A stretch of DNA of 58,129 nt from an uncultured Candidatus Saccharibacteria bacterium. GTDB lineage: Bacteria; Patescibacteriota; UBA1384; UBA12157; JAENIV01. Below are positions 44,395 through 52,915 of the stretch, in pieces. Location: the NCBI GenBank assembly GCA_964479405.1, contig CAYZMA010000002.1, forward strand, positions 1-58,129. The letters run 5' to 3'. The stretch's first letter is position 1, and each line of letters starts with the position of its first letter. A program made the position numbers and the translations under genes. The notes under the pieces were generated by a model. That model was given only the letters and a program-made list of their open reading frames with translations, was not told the origin of the DNA and did no database searches.

Positions 44395-45486
44395 ATGAAA
44401 AAAATTATCACCATTATCGGCGCCAGGCCTCAATTTATTAAAACACCTTTAGTTTCTAAAGAAATTAGAAAATTTGCCAAAGAAATTTTGGTTCATACAG
44501 GTCAACATTATGATGCTAATATGTCGGCGGTCTTTTTTAATGAACTTAAAATTCCCAAAGCTGATTATAATTTAAATGTTGGCTCTGGAAATCAAGGACA
44601 ACAAACTGGCGAAATGTTGGAAAAAATTGAACAAGTTTTACTTAAAGAAAAACCAGATTTAGTAATTATTTACGGTGATACAAACTCAACTGTTTCTGGA
44701 GCATTGGCAGCAGTTAAATTACATATTCCAGTGGCTCATATTGAATCAGGTATGCGTTCTTATAACAGACAAATGCCGGAAGAAATAAATCGTATAATTT
44801 CAGATCATATATCCGAACTTTTGTTTTGTTCAACCATGTCTTCAGCAAAAATATTAAAAGAAGAAGGAATTGCAAAAGGGGTTTATTTTGTGGGGGATGT
44901 GATGGCAGATATACAGAAAAAAATCCGAAATCCGAAATCCGAAATCCGAAACAAATTATTTAAAACTCTAAATATCAAACCAAAAGAATATATTTTGGCG
45001 ACGGTCCATAGGCAAGAAAACACCGATATTAAAGAAAATTTAGAAAATATTTTTAAGGCGATGGGGCAGATTGGAGAGACAATAATTTTACCTTTGCATC
45101 CTAGAACTAAGAAGGCGATTAAAACTCATAAACTTCAAACATTAGTTGATAAAAACTCAAATTTGCGACTAATAGAACCAATTGGTTATCTTGAGATGCT
45201 TGCTTTAGGATCAAGTGCAAAAATGATTTTAACTGATTCTGGCGGAGTTCAAAAAGAAGCTTATTTAAATAAAGTGCCTTGCATTACTTTGCGTAAAGAA
45301 ACTGAATGGATTGAAACAATTCAATCTGGCTGGAATCAATTAGCAAATACCAATGTGAATAAAATAGTTCGTTTAGTCAAAAACTTTCCTAAACCAAAAA
45401 ACCATCCTAATTTTTTAGGTAATGGGAAGGCCTATCTAGAAATAGCTCAAAAGATTAAAGAATTTTTAATAAGAACTAAAATTTAA
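44395..45486 (+). CDS. wecB: Non-hydrolysing UDP-GlcNAc(A) 2-epimerase (WecB/WbpI/MnaA family)
   Basis: IIGARPQFIK, HTGQHYD, YGDTNST, HIESGMRSYNRQMPEEINR, VHRQENTD, TDSGGVQKEA. ATG at 44395 is preferred over the TTG at 44386. Confidence 0.9.
   Translation: MKKIITIIGARPQFIKTPLVSKEIRKFAKEILVHTGQHYDANMSAVFFNELKIPKADYNLNVGSGNQGQQTGEMLEKIEQVLLKEKPDLVIIYGDTNSTVSGALAAVKLHIPVAHIESGMRSYNRQMPEEINRIISDHISELLFCSTMSSAKILKEEGIAKGVYFVGDVMADIQKKIRNPKSEIRNKLFKTLNIKPKEYILATVHRQENTDIKENLENIFKAMGQIGETIILPLHPRTKKAIKTHKLQTLVDKNSNLRLIEPIGYLEMLALGSSAKMILTDSGGVQKEAYLNKVPCITLRKETEWIETIQSGWNQLANTNVNKIVRLVKNFPKPKNHPNFLGNGKAYLEIAQKIKEFLIRTKI
44922..44949 (+). repeat. Perfect heptanucleotide tandem repeat (aatccga) x4 inside the 2-epimerase CDS
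   Basis: Read directly. It encodes ..KKIRNPKSEIRNK.. in the inter-domain linker. The unit length is not a multiple of 3. Confidence 0.9.
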
Positions 45487-46244
45487 TATTTATAGTCACT
45501 TAGTTTAATGTAATTGTATTGACCGATTCTTACAGGTCCATTAGGGGCGATTTTTAGCATTGTTTTATCTCTTAAGTCAATAACACTAACCTTAACTTTT
45601 AGATTGCTCATATGTTCGCGGGCTTTTGAATTTTTTTCATCAGTTGCCGTTAAAAAGAATACTTGGCTGTTGGCATGTTTGCCGGCTACTTGTTCTTCAA
45701 TTGATTGGTCAAGCCAAATATTAGTGGTTGGGTCCAAAACTTGCCAGCGGTCATTAAGTTTTATCTCTATAATTCCATGACCTGGATAAATTGCTAAAGT
45801 TCTAAATTCGTATCCAGATTTATCCAGTAACATGGCAAGCAATGCGGTATAATTTCCGCAGTGCAAATAATCACCACCCCATATTAATTCTTTGATTGAT
45901 AATTCTTTAAGACTTCTTTCGTTGTAATAAGCCGACATATGAACAAAATTCATGTAGAACAGGGCCTTTAATTTTCTCTCGTCAGTTGTACCGGCCATTT
46001 TGGCGAAAGTCTTATGATATTTGACTAATCGTTTATCTAATTTTTGATCTACGATGGTTGCATTGTCTTCATTACCGTCTAGTATTTCATCTTTGTTAAA
46101 TATTTTATAGTAAGCTTTGGATGAATTAGGGTCTAGGTAAATAAATTGGCGCCAACAAAAATATCCGATTAGAGCAAGGATTAAAATTGAGATAAAAATT
46201 AGTATTGCCAGACGGATTTTTGAGGAAAATATTTTATTTAGCAT
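45483..46244 (-). CDS. Membrane-anchored transglutaminase-like (Cys-His-Asp fold) protein
   Basis: N-terminal hydrophobic helix (LAILIFISILILALIGYF). YLHCGNYTALLAMLLDKSGYEFRTLAIYPGHGIIEIKLNDRWQVLDPT fits the transglutaminase-core order C..H..D. Confidence 0.6.
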   Translation of the reverse strand: MLNKIFSSKIRLAILIFISILILALIGYFCWRQFIYLDPNSSKAYYKIFNKDEILDGNEDNATIVDQKLDKRLVKYHKTFAKMAGTTDERKLKALFYMNFVHMSAYYNERSLKELSIKELIWGGDYLHCGNYTALLAMLLDKSGYEFRTLAIYPGHGIIEIKLNDRWQVLDPTTNIWLDQSIEEQVAGKHANSQVFFLTATDEKNSKAREHMSNLKVKVSVIDLRDKTMLKIAPNGPVRIGQYNYIKLSDYKY

Positions 46245-46250
46245 TGTATT

Positions 46251-46278
46251 TTGAATATACTACTCTAAATGATATATT
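46251..46278 (+). promoter_or_regulatory. Promoter candidate TTGAAT, 16-nt spacer, TATATT, ending 6 nt before the ATG at 46285 (leaderless or near-leaderless transcript)
   Basis: TTGAAT at 46251..46256 and TATATT at 46273..46278. There is no SD-like purine run in the 6 nt before the ATG. The whole divergent intergenic region is only 40 bp. Confidence 0.4.
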
Positions 46279-46284
46279 TAAAGT

Positions 46285-48543
46285 ATGAATTTGTTTTTTC
46301 ACAAGAAACAGACATTTTATGTTTATTTTTCTTGTTTTTTAGTTCTCAATTTTATTTTACTAATAAATAACTTTTTCCCGTCAAGACCGGTAATGATATT
46401 TTCAACTTTTTTAAGTGCAATATTTATTCCGGGGTATGTTTTAAGTCGCGTTATAAAAATTCAATACGAAGGTTTTGTTGGTCAGCTAATTCTGTGGCTA
46501 ACTCTAGGCTTAAGCTTTAATCTTTTACTTTGTTTCTTGGCTGTTGTTGGTGGTTTAACAATTTCAGTTTTTTTACAATTTTACTTTGTCGCTATGGCAT
46601 TATTGTTGATTGTGGCTTTTGTTTTGGAATTGCTAAAACCTGCTGATCAAGAAATAAAAATCAGTTTAAATTACCGAGAAATTTTTAAGGCTCAGAATCT
46701 AATCTATTTTTTCTTGTTTATCTTAATAGTTTTAGTTTTGGTGACAGTTGATCAATTGGGAACAAATTTTACCGGTGATCCGTTTTATCATCTCTCTTTT
46801 ATGCGCAAGGCTATTGAAGGTCAACCAATGACGATTAATAATTTGAGCTATCTTAAGAATGATTTTCCAATTGCCTATGTAATTCCACTAAGTCATGTTT
46901 TCTTAACATTGTTTGTGAAATTGACCAACAGTAATATTTTTACTCTCTACCGTGAGCTTTCTACCGTTTTAACGCTTATTTCTTTTTTGGTCTGGTATTG
47001 GTTATTTGTTAAAGTTTTACCTAATCGTCAAGTAGCTTTTTTAGCGCTTTTTTTATTGATACTTTATTATTTTGATAAAAACGCTTATTTATATACCCGT
47101 TTAGCAATTCCGGATACCTTTGGTAATTTAATTTTGTTGCCGTTGTCATTTGGTTTGGTAATTAACTATGTTTTTGACAAATCTTCAACTTACAAACATC
47201 TGATTATTGTTTCGTTAATGATTGCTTTGATGGGTTTGTATCATTTTACTCAATATTTTTATTTTCTTTTAGCAATGGGACTGTGGGTTGTGCTATATGC
47301 AATATTTAACTATAAAAAAGAAGATTTTTGGTTGATTTTGAAAAAAATATTTCAATGTATTTTTGTCAACATGATTTTAATTGTACCAATTTTGCTTTTC
47401 TGGTTATTAAAGAACAATACTTTTAGTAAAAGTCTTCAGGTTTTTTCGGCAGTGACTAGAACTTCTAATAATGATCGGTTTGAAAAATTTTCGCCTTACA
47501 TGCAGTTGTCTTATGTCTTTTTGCCATTTATAATTCTTTTCTTCAAAAAATACCGGTCGCTTATTTTTCTTTTGAGTGTTTTTCTGGTTGGTCCTTTAAT
47601 TTACAATATTCCTGGTTTAGAAAATTTGATGCGTCATTATTTTAGTCATATTTTTGTAAATCGTCTTTATGGCAATTTAGGAGAATGGCCTTATGCTATT
47701 TGGGCTTTAGTATTGTTTTTTCTTTTTATTTTGGTTGACAGGTTAATGATAAAATTAAATGCCTTTTCAAAATATCTTAAATACTTAATTAATAGTGTTC
47801 TTGTAGTTATTTTGGGATGGATGTTTTATTTACAAAGTAAGGAAGGTAAAATCTTATCTTATTACAATCAAATTTTTCGTTCAGAAGGACTACACAATTG
47901 GCTAAGTGGCAGTTATCATTGGCTGATCCCGCTTACGATGGCAGTTGCTCTAGCGCTCTACATTGGTCAAAAATATTCGCTTAAAATAAATAATTTTTTT
48001 GAGTTTAAAAATATTCAAAATCAATCAACAGTATTAATTTTAATGTTGATTGTAGTCTTTTTTATATTGTCACCTGCTTATAATCATTTAAGTGTTTATG
48101 CTAATAAGGTGTTAGTCAATAACCACTTTTTTTCTGTTGCCACAGACCCAACATTGGACATTATTAATCCAACTCAATTTGGTGGAATGGAAACCATTGA
48201 GTTTATTAAAAACAATATTCCGTCTAAATCTGTTTTTGATACCAATTCTAGGGCAAATTATTCTTTGCCAACATTGGTTGATGTTCATATGGCTTCTTGG
48301 ACGAATAATGATGATGTTGATCCGACAAAATTATATCAAGGTTTGTATGAAAAAATTCCGCTTAACGACAAACTTAATTTACTTAAAAAAGGCGACATTG
48401 ACTATATTATTTATGTCTATAATAAAAACAAAGAGTTGGCACCATTTGAGGCCTATCCGAAATACTTTAAAAAAATATATACTAATACCAATGCAGTGAT
48501 TTTTCAAATAGATAAAATAGCAGTTAAAAATAGTTTATACTAA
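46285..48543 (+). CDS. Giant polytopic membrane protein, GT-C-like, unassigned family (tandem paralogue 1 of 3)
   Basis: 752 aa with about 15 hydrophobic segments and a ~130-aa hydrophilic C-terminal domain. Motifs IFIPGYVL, GDPFYHLSFMRKAIEG, AYVIPLSH, IPDTFGNLILLPL, FVNRLYGNL are shared with the next two genes. Confidence 0.6.
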   Translation: MNLFFHKKQTFYVYFSCFLVLNFILLINNFFPSRPVMIFSTFLSAIFIPGYVLSRVIKIQYEGFVGQLILWLTLGLSFNLLLCFLAVVGGLTISVFLQFYFVAMALLLIVAFVLELLKPADQEIKISLNYREIFKAQNLIYFFLFILIVLVLVTVDQLGTNFTGDPFYHLSFMRKAIEGQPMTINNLSYLKNDFPIAYVIPLSHVFLTLFVKLTNSNIFTLYRELSTVLTLISFLVWYWLFVKVLPNRQVAFLALFLLILYYFDKNAYLYTRLAIPDTFGNLILLPLSFGLVINYVFDKSSTYKHLIIVSLMIALMGLYHFTQYFYFLLAMGLWVVLYAIFNYKKEDFWLILKKIFQCIFVNMILIVPILLFWLLKNNTFSKSLQVFSAVTRTSNNDRFEKFSPYMQLSYVFLPFIILFFKKYRSLIFLLSVFLVGPLIYNIPGLENLMRHYFSHIFVNRLYGNLGEWPYAIWALVLFFLFILVDRLMIKLNAFSKYLKYLINSVLVVILGWMFYLQSKEGKILSYYNQIFRSEGLHNWLSGSYHWLIPLTMAVALALYIGQKYSLKINNFFEFKNIQNQSTVLILMLIVVFFILSPAYNHLSVYANKVLVNNHFFSVATDPTLDIINPTQFGGMETIEFIKNNIPSKSVFDTNSRANYSLPTLVDVHMASWTNNDDVDPTKLYQGLYEKIPLNDKLNLLKKGDIDYIIYVYNKNKELAPFEAYPKYFKKIYTNTNAVIFQIDKIAVKNSLY

Positions 48544-48547
48544 TATT

Positions 48548-50701
48548 ATGGTCAAACATCTTGTTTGTTTAGTATTTGGGTTATTAATTTTTGTTCTTGG
48601 AATAATTTTTCCCGGAATTTTTAGTAATCCGTTATCGTTCACTATATATTTTTTGTATATTATTTTTCTACCAGGTTGGCTTATAGGACAAATTTTAAAA
48701 TTACCAACCAATGAATTAATCAATAGTATTTTAATTTATTTTGTTTTAGGAATAGGTTTTTATTTGGTAATTAATTTCTTGGCTATTGTGGCTGGAATTA
48801 AAATATCTGTTCTTTTAGTAATCATCTTCACTCTTTTAGGAATATTATTTGTGATCTCTTTTGTTTTGAATGGTAGAAAATTAGAGAATATAAATTTAGA
48901 TTTTCAGAAATTGTTTAAAATTGTTTTTAGCCGTCCAAATGTGTTTTTCTTGATTCCAATAGCAATTGGTGGATTTATAATTTGGCTTTTGGCTTTACAA
49001 GGACCTAATTTAAATGGTGATCCTTATTTTCATTTAGCAATCATTCGTAAGGCATTGGAAGGGAGCTCTCTTTCCAGTCGAGCATTGGCTTTAACAGAAA
49101 CTCAACTAATTAATATTGCTTATGCTTTTCCTGCTTGGCATATTTTCTTGGTAAGTGTGGGAAAATTTTTGTCATTAGATGTTTTTGCTATTTGGACAAA
49201 CATCATCTTTGCTTTAACAATAATTTCTTTTTTTGTTTGGTATTATTTAGCAAAAATAATTTTTAAAAATGTCATTTGGGCTGTTGTAGGTCTAACTTTA
49301 ATGCTGATTTTTACTGTCTACAGTGGTCCAGGGTATTTGTTTAGTCGCTTAGGCGTGCCAGATACATTAGCTCAACTTATTCTTTTGCCTCTTGGTTGGG
49401 GGTTAGCGCTGGATTATATTTTAAATTCAAAAACAAAAATTTTAATTCCAGCATTGGTAATAGCTTTTGCTTTACTGGCTGTTCATGCACCACATTATTT
49501 TTATTTACTAATATCTATGATATTGTTTGGAATTATTTACGCCATAACTAATTTTAAAAGCGATGATTACAGATTAGTTTTACGACGGTTTGCAAATTTT
49601 GTGTTGATTAAGGTAGTAATATTGGTGATTTTAGGAATAACTATTGAGATAAAATCAGGTAGTTTAATTTTTTCTTTAAGTCAATTTATGCAAATTACCG
49701 ATGGAACATTTTTTTCAGTCACTTGGCAAAAATTTGGGTTACTTTATAAATACGGGTATTTGTTATTACCACTTTTTATTTTATTTTGGCGGTTTAAAAA
49801 TCTGCAATTTATTTTTACTCTTATGATTCTGGCACCTTTAATTTATTGGACTCCATTGAAGAATGTTTTAAATCAATTACTAAGTGGAGTTTTTATTGAC
49901 AGGTTACTAGCTAACACAGCTTTGTATTTCTTTGTCTTTGCTTTTATTTTGGAACTAGGATTTCTTTTGGTTGATAGTTGGGTGCAAAAACAATCAAAAG
50001 TAAGTCTTACACTTATAAATTTAGTTTTGGTTGTAATTTTTACTGGATTAGTAATTTTAGAAATTAGAACCCAAGTAGTTTCGGATTTTACTTATCAGCT
50101 TTTTTATGATAAAATGACCAATGCTTGGGTTAATAATTATTCATTATGCCTATTAGGTTTAGTATTGCTTCTTGTGTTGATATTGTCTTTAGCAAAAGTT
50201 TCTAAAAAAATTGATCTTGAAAAAAATTTTACTCAACCTATATCAGTTTTTATTTTGTTTTTAATAATTTCTTTTATTTTGGTTTCGCCTTCATTTGTTA
50301 ATGCTAAAAATATAACCCAAAATTCAGTAAAAAAAGGACAAGAATATTTTTTGGCAGGTATCAATAATGACAGTAACGCACTAAATTTTGTTCAATCTAG
50401 GATTCCTGTAAAATCAACTATTCTAACAGACGGAGGCACATCTAAAAGCTTGGTGGTTTTAACTAACCAATATGTGGCATACAATATTGGCTCGGCTTAT
50501 GAGAAAAAATTTCAATGGGTTTTTGATTCTACCACTTCAGATGAAGCCAAAGCAGAAATTGTGACTGATCCAAAATGGGCGATCGATTATATTTATTTGG
50601 CAAAGCCTTCTTTGGAAGATACTCACTTTAAAGCACACACTGAAATTTATCAGTTAATTTATAATAATGGCCAAACGGAGATATATAAAATAATAAAATA
50701 G
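48548..50701 (+). CDS. Giant polytopic membrane protein, GT-C-like, unassigned family (tandem paralogue 2 of 3)
   Basis: 717 aa. Motifs IIFLPGWLI, GDPYFHLAIIRKALEG, AYAFPAWH, VPDTLAQLILLPL, FIDRLLANT. Confidence 0.6.
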   Translation: MVKHLVCLVFGLLIFVLGIIFPGIFSNPLSFTIYFLYIIFLPGWLIGQILKLPTNELINSILIYFVLGIGFYLVINFLAIVAGIKISVLLVIIFTLLGILFVISFVLNGRKLENINLDFQKLFKIVFSRPNVFFLIPIAIGGFIIWLLALQGPNLNGDPYFHLAIIRKALEGSSLSSRALALTETQLINIAYAFPAWHIFLVSVGKFLSLDVFAIWTNIIFALTIISFFVWYYLAKIIFKNVIWAVVGLTLMLIFTVYSGPGYLFSRLGVPDTLAQLILLPLGWGLALDYILNSKTKILIPALVIAFALLAVHAPHYFYLLISMILFGIIYAITNFKSDDYRLVLRRFANFVLIKVVILVILGITIEIKSGSLIFSLSQFMQITDGTFFSVTWQKFGLLYKYGYLLLPLFILFWRFKNLQFIFTLMILAPLIYWTPLKNVLNQLLSGVFIDRLLANTALYFFVFAFILELGFLLVDSWVQKQSKVSLTLINLVLVVIFTGLVILEIRTQVVSDFTYQLFYDKMTNAWVNNYSLCLLGLVLLLVLILSLAKVSKKIDLEKNFTQPISVFILFLIISFILVSPSFVNAKNITQNSVKKGQEYFLAGINNDSNALNFVQSRIPVKSTILTDGGTSKSLVVLTNQYVAYNIGSAYEKKFQWVFDSTTSDEAKAEIVTDPKWAIDYIYLAKPSLEDTHFKAHTEIYQLIYNNGQTEIYKIIK

Positions 50702-50728
50702 CAAAGCTAACTTTGCGCGGAATTTTTT
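50701..50728 (+). terminator. Weak hairpin plus T-run between paralogues 2 and 3
   Basis: gcaaag-ctaa-ctttgc (50701..50716), then gcggaa and T6 (50723..50728). The stem is short and AT-rich, so it may only attenuate. Confidence 0.3.
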
Positions 50729-50740
50729 AGCAAGGAAAAT

Positions 50741-52915
50741 ATGAAGATTAGAGTCGTTTATCTATATTTGGGATATATTGTTTGGCTAGTCTCTTTAGTA
50801 TTTTTAATTAAAATTTTGCATTTAAACAATACTGTGTTAGGAATTACATTGGTTTTTTTGACTTTAATTCTTACTCCTGGCGTTTTACTTTTCCGGTTGA
50901 TTCCTTTTGGAGCTGAAAATAATGCCGCTAAAATACTGTTAATTATTGGTCTCAGTTTTGGTTATTATTTTTTGCTTAATTTTTTAGCAATTGTAACTAG
51001 CTTAAGTCTTTATTATCTGAGTTTGGTTACTTTTTTCTTAATTCTAATTTTGTTTATTATTGCTTTAATCAAAGATTGCAATAATGTATCTGAAGTAAAT
51101 ACTTCCTGGTTTAAAAAACAGTCAATAACCGATTATCTTATTTTATTAATTTTAGTTATTAGCTCAATTTTTGTTTTTCTAATGATGAGTGCCCAGTCAG
51201 AAAAATTAATTGGCGATGGTTGGTTTCATTCGGCGATTTTGCAAAAAATTATTTCAAGTGACAATTTAAATCCATATAATCTTTGGGTAACAAAAACGAC
51301 ATCTTTGAATTTAGTTTATTCCTTTCCGATTTGGCATATTTTGGTGGGAGAAATATCAAAGTTGATTAATGCCTCAATCTTTACGACTTTAAAGCAGGTC
51401 TTACTACCTTTATCTATTTTTACTTTAATTACATGGTATTGTTTAATAAGTGTTATTTTCAAAAACAAATATCTTGTAACTGTTGTGTATCTGTCTTTCT
51501 TTCTAGTTTTTCTTAAAGATAATAATTTTTATTATCTTGTGGCTGTTACTTCACCAGATTCTTTTAATCGATTATTTTTATTACCATTAATAATGGGAAT
51601 TGTTGTCAATTTAATATTTTTTAAGAAATCAAAAAATATTCCTACCATTATCCTGATTAGTTTATTGGCAATATTTTTGGGATTAGTCCACTTTATTCAA
51701 TTTATTTATTTAATAATTATTCTTGTTGTTTTTGTAATTCTTCTTTTTATTTTCTTTAGAAAAAAAGATTCTCTAGTTAAGTCGGTGTACTTGTTAGGTG
51801 GTTTGGTATTATTTGTTTTACCATACCTTTTAATTCATTATCAGTCTGTAATAAAATTTTTGAATGAAAATTCTATTTATTTTGTTAATAACAAAATTGA
51901 TTATCGTCCCTATCCAGGAATGAATATCATTTATCGTTATGCAATTTTGATTTTAGTGCCGATATTACTTTTTTTAAAGAAATATCCTCGTCTTATTCTT
52001 TTATACGCTATTGGCTGTGTCTCTTTGATTATTTATTGGCCATATTTTGGTTTAAAAGGTTCATTTTATGAATATCTTGGAAAGATTTTTGTTGATCGAT
52101 CTTTAGCGAATTTACCCCATTTTATTTTTTTCGGATTTGCTCTATTCATGGTTTTAATTGGTATTAATTATTTGACAGTTAAATTATTTAAGAAATTTAT
52201 TTGGGTTGCGAATATTTTGATAGCAATACTTGTTTTAACTTTACCGCTTTATAAGAATACTGTTATATATTTTGTTAAAAATATTCTTTATTCAGAAACT
52301 TTATTTTTTAATGGTCTGTCATTTTGGTTAGCATTATTTGTTGTAATTATTCTTACAATTACAATTTATGTTTTAACTTACAAAAAAAGTGTCACAATCC
52401 CTTCGCCATTTAATAACTTAAACTTTGTTTTATGGATGCTTTTAATGGTTATAGCTTTAACTTTGCCTTATTTTGAAAGTGCAAACAAAGTCTTGACTAA
52501 TAATCCAAATGGGAGCTTAATTACTGACAGGACATCAAAATATGCGATTGAAACAGAAAATTATGGAGGTGAAAAAACAGTTGATTTTTGGAAATCTCAG
52601 ACTAGAAAAGTATTTTTAACCGATAATGTAACAATGTCTCAGCTAATTTTGCTTTATTCCGATAATTATGTTGCCGAATACCCTTATGGTATTTCAAAAT
52701 TTAATTTTAGTCTTGATTTTTACCAACCAGATCAACCAGACGATATTAAATTTACTCTCTTAAACAATCGAGAGATAAATTTTATAGTAACAAGAGATAC
52801 ATCTGAACAATCGTTTTTTAATCGCTACCTAGATCATTTTAAAAAAGTTTATGAAATACACTATATCAATAAGAATAAAAACAAGGAACTTTATATTTAT
52901 CAATATTTAAAGTAA
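50741..52915 (+). CDS. Giant polytopic membrane protein, GT-C-like, unassigned family (tandem paralogue 3 of 3)
   Basis: 724 aa. Motifs LILTPGVLL, GDGWFHSAILQKIIS, VYSFPIWH, SPDSFNRLFLLPL, FVDRSLANL. AAGGA SD. Confidence 0.6.
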   Translation: MKIRVVYLYLGYIVWLVSLVFLIKILHLNNTVLGITLVFLTLILTPGVLLFRLIPFGAENNAAKILLIIGLSFGYYFLLNFLAIVTSLSLYYLSLVTFFLILILFIIALIKDCNNVSEVNTSWFKKQSITDYLILLILVISSIFVFLMMSAQSEKLIGDGWFHSAILQKIISSDNLNPYNLWVTKTTSLNLVYSFPIWHILVGEISKLINASIFTTLKQVLLPLSIFTLITWYCLISVIFKNKYLVTVVYLSFFLVFLKDNNFYYLVAVTSPDSFNRLFLLPLIMGIVVNLIFFKKSKNIPTIILISLLAIFLGLVHFIQFIYLIIILVVFVILLFIFFRKKDSLVKSVYLLGGLVLFVLPYLLIHYQSVIKFLNENSIYFVNNKIDYRPYPGMNIIYRYAILILVPILLFLKKYPRLILLYAIGCVSLIIYWPYFGLKGSFYEYLGKIFVDRSLANLPHFIFFGFALFMVLIGINYLTVKLFKKFIWVANILIAILVLTLPLYKNTVIYFVKNILYSETLFFNGLSFWLALFVVIILTITIYVLTYKKSVTIPSPFNNLNFVLWMLLMVIALTLPYFESANKVLTNNPNGSLITDRTSKYAIETENYGGEKTVDFWKSQTRKVFLTDNVTMSQLILLYSDNYVAEYPYGISKFNFSLDFYQPDQPDDIKFTLLNNREINFIVTRDTSEQSFFNRYLDHFKKVYEIHYINKNKNKELYIYQYLK

